A stretch of 64,000 bases of DNA. It comes from Camelus dromedarius. Taxonomy: Eukaryota. Location of the stretch: positions 5,520,001 to 5,584,000 of the forward strand of contig NC_087438.1 in assembly GCF_036321535.1 (NCBI RefSeq), given 5' to 3'. The notes below the pieces were generated by a model. It made no database searches and was not told the origin of the DNA. It saw nothing but the letters and a program-made list of their open reading frames with translations. Of the stretch, positions 61,041-64,000 are shown one piece after another. A program made the translations under genes and the position numbers. Numbering within the stretch: the first letter of the stretch is position 1; each line of letters starts with the position of its first letter.

Positions 61041-62079
61041 CTACAGGTCCAGGAGCAGTCCAAGGTGAGGGGACAGGAGAAAGTAAGGGTGGGTATCTGT
61101 GACTCTAACTTGACTCAGTGATTGGATTGTGACAAAGGTATTTCTTGAGTGGGGGAAGATTAGCAGAGATTTTCTCATGCCCTAAGACGTGGAGAAGATT
61201 GACTTAAGCCTTCATTCTACTAGTGCTGGAGATCTGAAGCATCCTCCCGGCTACTTCACATTTCAGCAGGATCTACATTTCCCTGTCTCCTCTGTCTTCT
61301 GTGTGGTACCCTCAGTGTTTGCCTGGTGTCAAACCAGACCTGAGAAGCAGCCTCTTCTTTATTTATTCCATCTAAGGCAACTGCTAAATTAGAGTAGAAA
61401 ACTCTGTCCCTGAGCGCCGGAGGTCACTGGGAAGGCGCACCTTGCACGTGGCATGAGGTGGAACCAACAACAGCATCCTTCTGCTCTCAGCTGCCCTGAC
61501 GTTGGCAGTGTCTCACTAACTCCTCCATCTCAGTCTGTACCTCAGTGTCTCCCTCTGGCCTGGCCTTCTCTCTTCTTCCCTCCTCCTGTGTCCCCTCCTC
61601 ACTCTCTCTTTCTCCTGCACAGGTACCCACGCATCCCAAATCCTCACCTGATTCTGTGAAGCATTCAGCTCATCCCAGCTTTGGCTGCAAAACTTAGCTC
61701 CACGCCCACCTTCACACAGCGATGGGGTTATCAGATTAGCAAGGACTTCTGCAGTACAGGACCCCTTCTGTAGAAAAGCTGAGAACTAAATATTTAATGA
61801 AACTATTATTTGTAATATAAGGAATACAGGAGAAGGAACGAAGGTTAAAGTCCAGATAATGAGAACAGGTTTTAGAATTACTCTTAACTGAAAGATTTAA
61901 GATTGACTTTCTTTTAGGATATTCTGATAAAGCTGTCCTAGACCAAAGCCTCAGGAAGGAGGCCAGGTATTCAAAGGGATTTTAATTATTGATCATTGAT
62001 ACCTGGAGACATGAGAATGAATGATTTTGCCTGGGAACTGCAGGGATGCTGGACCCATCAATAACCTCAATCTACATAA

Positions 62080-62600
62080 AAGCACAGAAGAGAAAGGGCA
62101 AGTGTGAGAGACTGAGGGGTGAAACAGGAGAAGGTGATGTCAGCTGAGCCAAAGATTTGGAAGAGGATCATAAGAGGTCATTGTCAAACGACAAAGATGT
62201 CTCTACCTCCACTGTTTATCTAACAATTAGATTTGTAAATGTCTCCTGAATGAAAGCAAATCCAAATGGGATGGTAATTAGTAGGTCACTGATAACCTTA
62301 TTCTGAAGGTTTCAGGAGACAGGTGGGAATTAAAGAGTTTGCAGTTTGGTCAGTGAATGGAAGGGGAGGAATTATAAGCCATGCTTAGAGATGACTGTAG
62401 AAATTTGATGGAAAAGGCAGGGAGAAATAGGTCAATAGTCTAAGGAGGATAAAGTTTAGGAAATACTTACTTAGGACTGGTGAGAGACTGAGTGTGTTTT
62501 CATATTCATGGAAGGAGGCAATGGAAAGGAAGAAAGAGACGCTGATGGCACAAGCAATAGAAGCGATGGCTGGTGGTTCAAAGTAAGGTGAGATGGGGTC
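62080..62600 (-). mobile_element. L2 relic
   Basis: Purine-rich; taggtcactgataacctt...gtttcaggagacaggtggg. Confidence 0.45.
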
Positions 62601-63574
62601 CAGGCCGCTAGGAGAGGGAAGAGCTCTCATCATGAGGGGAGATGCTCTAATGCTCAGTGACGGAAAGATGTTGATGGGCGGCCGAAGTCTAGGATCTTTA
62701 CAATTTCCACTAGCTGCCTATGGACAGCTCTGCTGGAACCTGATAGATGGGAGTCCGTTAAGGCCCATTTAGGTTACTGTTTTCAACATGGGCCAAAAGT
62801 CCCACGTGGGAATGCTGGACCTGATTGACCGGCCTGGACCAACAGTAAGATGTACAAATTAGGTTCTGTATGGGGCAGGGAGGCCAAAGCGCCCGGAAGG
62901 GAAGCATCTGTCTCCTCCTCCCTTTGTCTGGCACCCGCCCTCTGGGACTGCGCCGTCGCCTTACTGTATCTCCGTAGGTCAGTGGAGAGGAACACTGGAG
63001 GAAGATGCCTCATGGTTCAGAGAGCTTCTCCTTGAACAACTTAAGTTTCTTTCCTCCTTTCCTCTGGATTTGGCCCCAGTGCTGGTGACATTCCAAAAAG
63101 GAAGGCCCTTTCCCGGCACTGGATGTATTCTTAGTGGCCAAAAACAGCTGAGAACTGAAGATATCCCAGCTGAAAGATTAGTTTTTGCCTCATTAAGGCA
63201 AAAAGAGAGTAGTGAGTATGATGTGAAAAGGAAGGAATGCAAACACAGATCTCAAAAAGGAGAAATTGGACAGGAAGACGTACTAAAGGAGGAGATTCTC
63301 CGAGGCACTCCCCACGCGGACTCTGCAAGTTCTACTCTTCACGCCGAGAATCTACTGATTGCACCATCTCGTCATGACAGCGGCCTTGGCTTTGAGTTTT
63401 AACCTGGTTATTCCAGAAAAAGAAGTGAACGTGGCACTGACTACACTGGGGTCAAGGAGCGCAAAGGACTGATGGGTGATCTGTGGGGTGAGCAGGCAGC
63501 GATTGGGACAACAGGAATGTCGAATGGGAGCAGAGGGAGGGGGGTCACTGGAGTAAAGTCATATATTTGCATCT

Positions 63575-63960
63575 CGTCCATTCATTTATTCATCCATTTA
63601 TTCATCACTGAGGGATTGGAGAACACACACCACATGCTTATTCCTGTGCCCAGCAGTGGGGACGCTCATGCAATGATTCGCTCTGTGTTCTTGAGAAGCA
63701 CCCAGTCTGGTCAGAGGGGCAGCTGAAAACTCTTATGCATAGTGTGAAGCGGGAGGTTGTGGCTTGAATGCAAGTGCTTATCCCAGCCTAGGGAGGTCAA
63801 GGAAAGCCTTTCTGTGAAGTTTACGTCTAATCTCAGTTATAAAGATATGGATTTAGGTGAGACAAACCCCTGCCAGTAACAGTCTCCAGCACAGGAGAGG
63901 AGGACAGGGCAAAGGCCCAGAGGCGGGATGCTCTTGAGAAACTGACCCAGTCTGAAGACA
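63575..63960 (-). mobile_element. L2 3' relic
   Basis: cattcatttattcatccatttattcatc (antisense L2 tail), gggaggtcaaggaaagccttt, gggcaaaggcccagagg. Confidence 0.6.
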
Positions 63961-64000
63961 AGGATGCTCTGAACCCAGAAATCTAGGAAATGACCCTCTC

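Noticed and set aside
63070..63402. 110-aa charged ORF
   Set aside because: Non-ATG start, purine-rich sequence between L2 relics, and no recognisable family.
1..64000. Prokaryotic-type systems (operons, CRISPR arrays, defence islands)
   Set aside because: The sequence is mammalian, has no long ORFs and shows no repeat-spacer periodicity.

Overview
This is mammalian genomic DNA, not prokaryotic. It is most likely camelid (alpaca, llama or camel): it carries tRNA-Ala(AGC)-derived Vic-1-like SINEs and artiodactyl-type L1 3' ends, and I saw no Alu, Bov-tA/BovB or PRE-1. The window is repeat-rich intergenic or intronic sequence. It holds two generations of 5'-truncated lineage L1s, old L1M, L2 and MIR relics, many MaLR (MLT1) and ERV1/ERVL solo LTRs, hAT DNA-transposon relics and microsatellites. 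I recognise no protein-coding gene. The only real protein homology in the ORF track is the C-terminus of L1 ORF2p. I found no evidence of a new multi-gene biological system. The notable observations are structural: (1) an old ~870-bp tandem duplication in which one copy holds a twin-primed L1 and the other keeps the empty site, with a hairpin at the junction; (2) a 129-bp perfectly identical tract between two otherwise ~7-12% diverged, inverted L1 copies 15 kb apart, possibly gene conversion; (3) a twin-primed L1 that appears to have deleted the middle of its MLT1J target; (4) reciprocal SINE/L1 nesting; (5) a 249-bp alternating purine-pyrimidine tract; (6) a CpG-rich solo LTR with an 18-bp palindrome; (7) one plausible orphan exon. 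Repeat family names come from my recall of Repbase/Dfam-type consensus sequences and need RepeatMasker confirmation. Boundaries of old elements are approximate.
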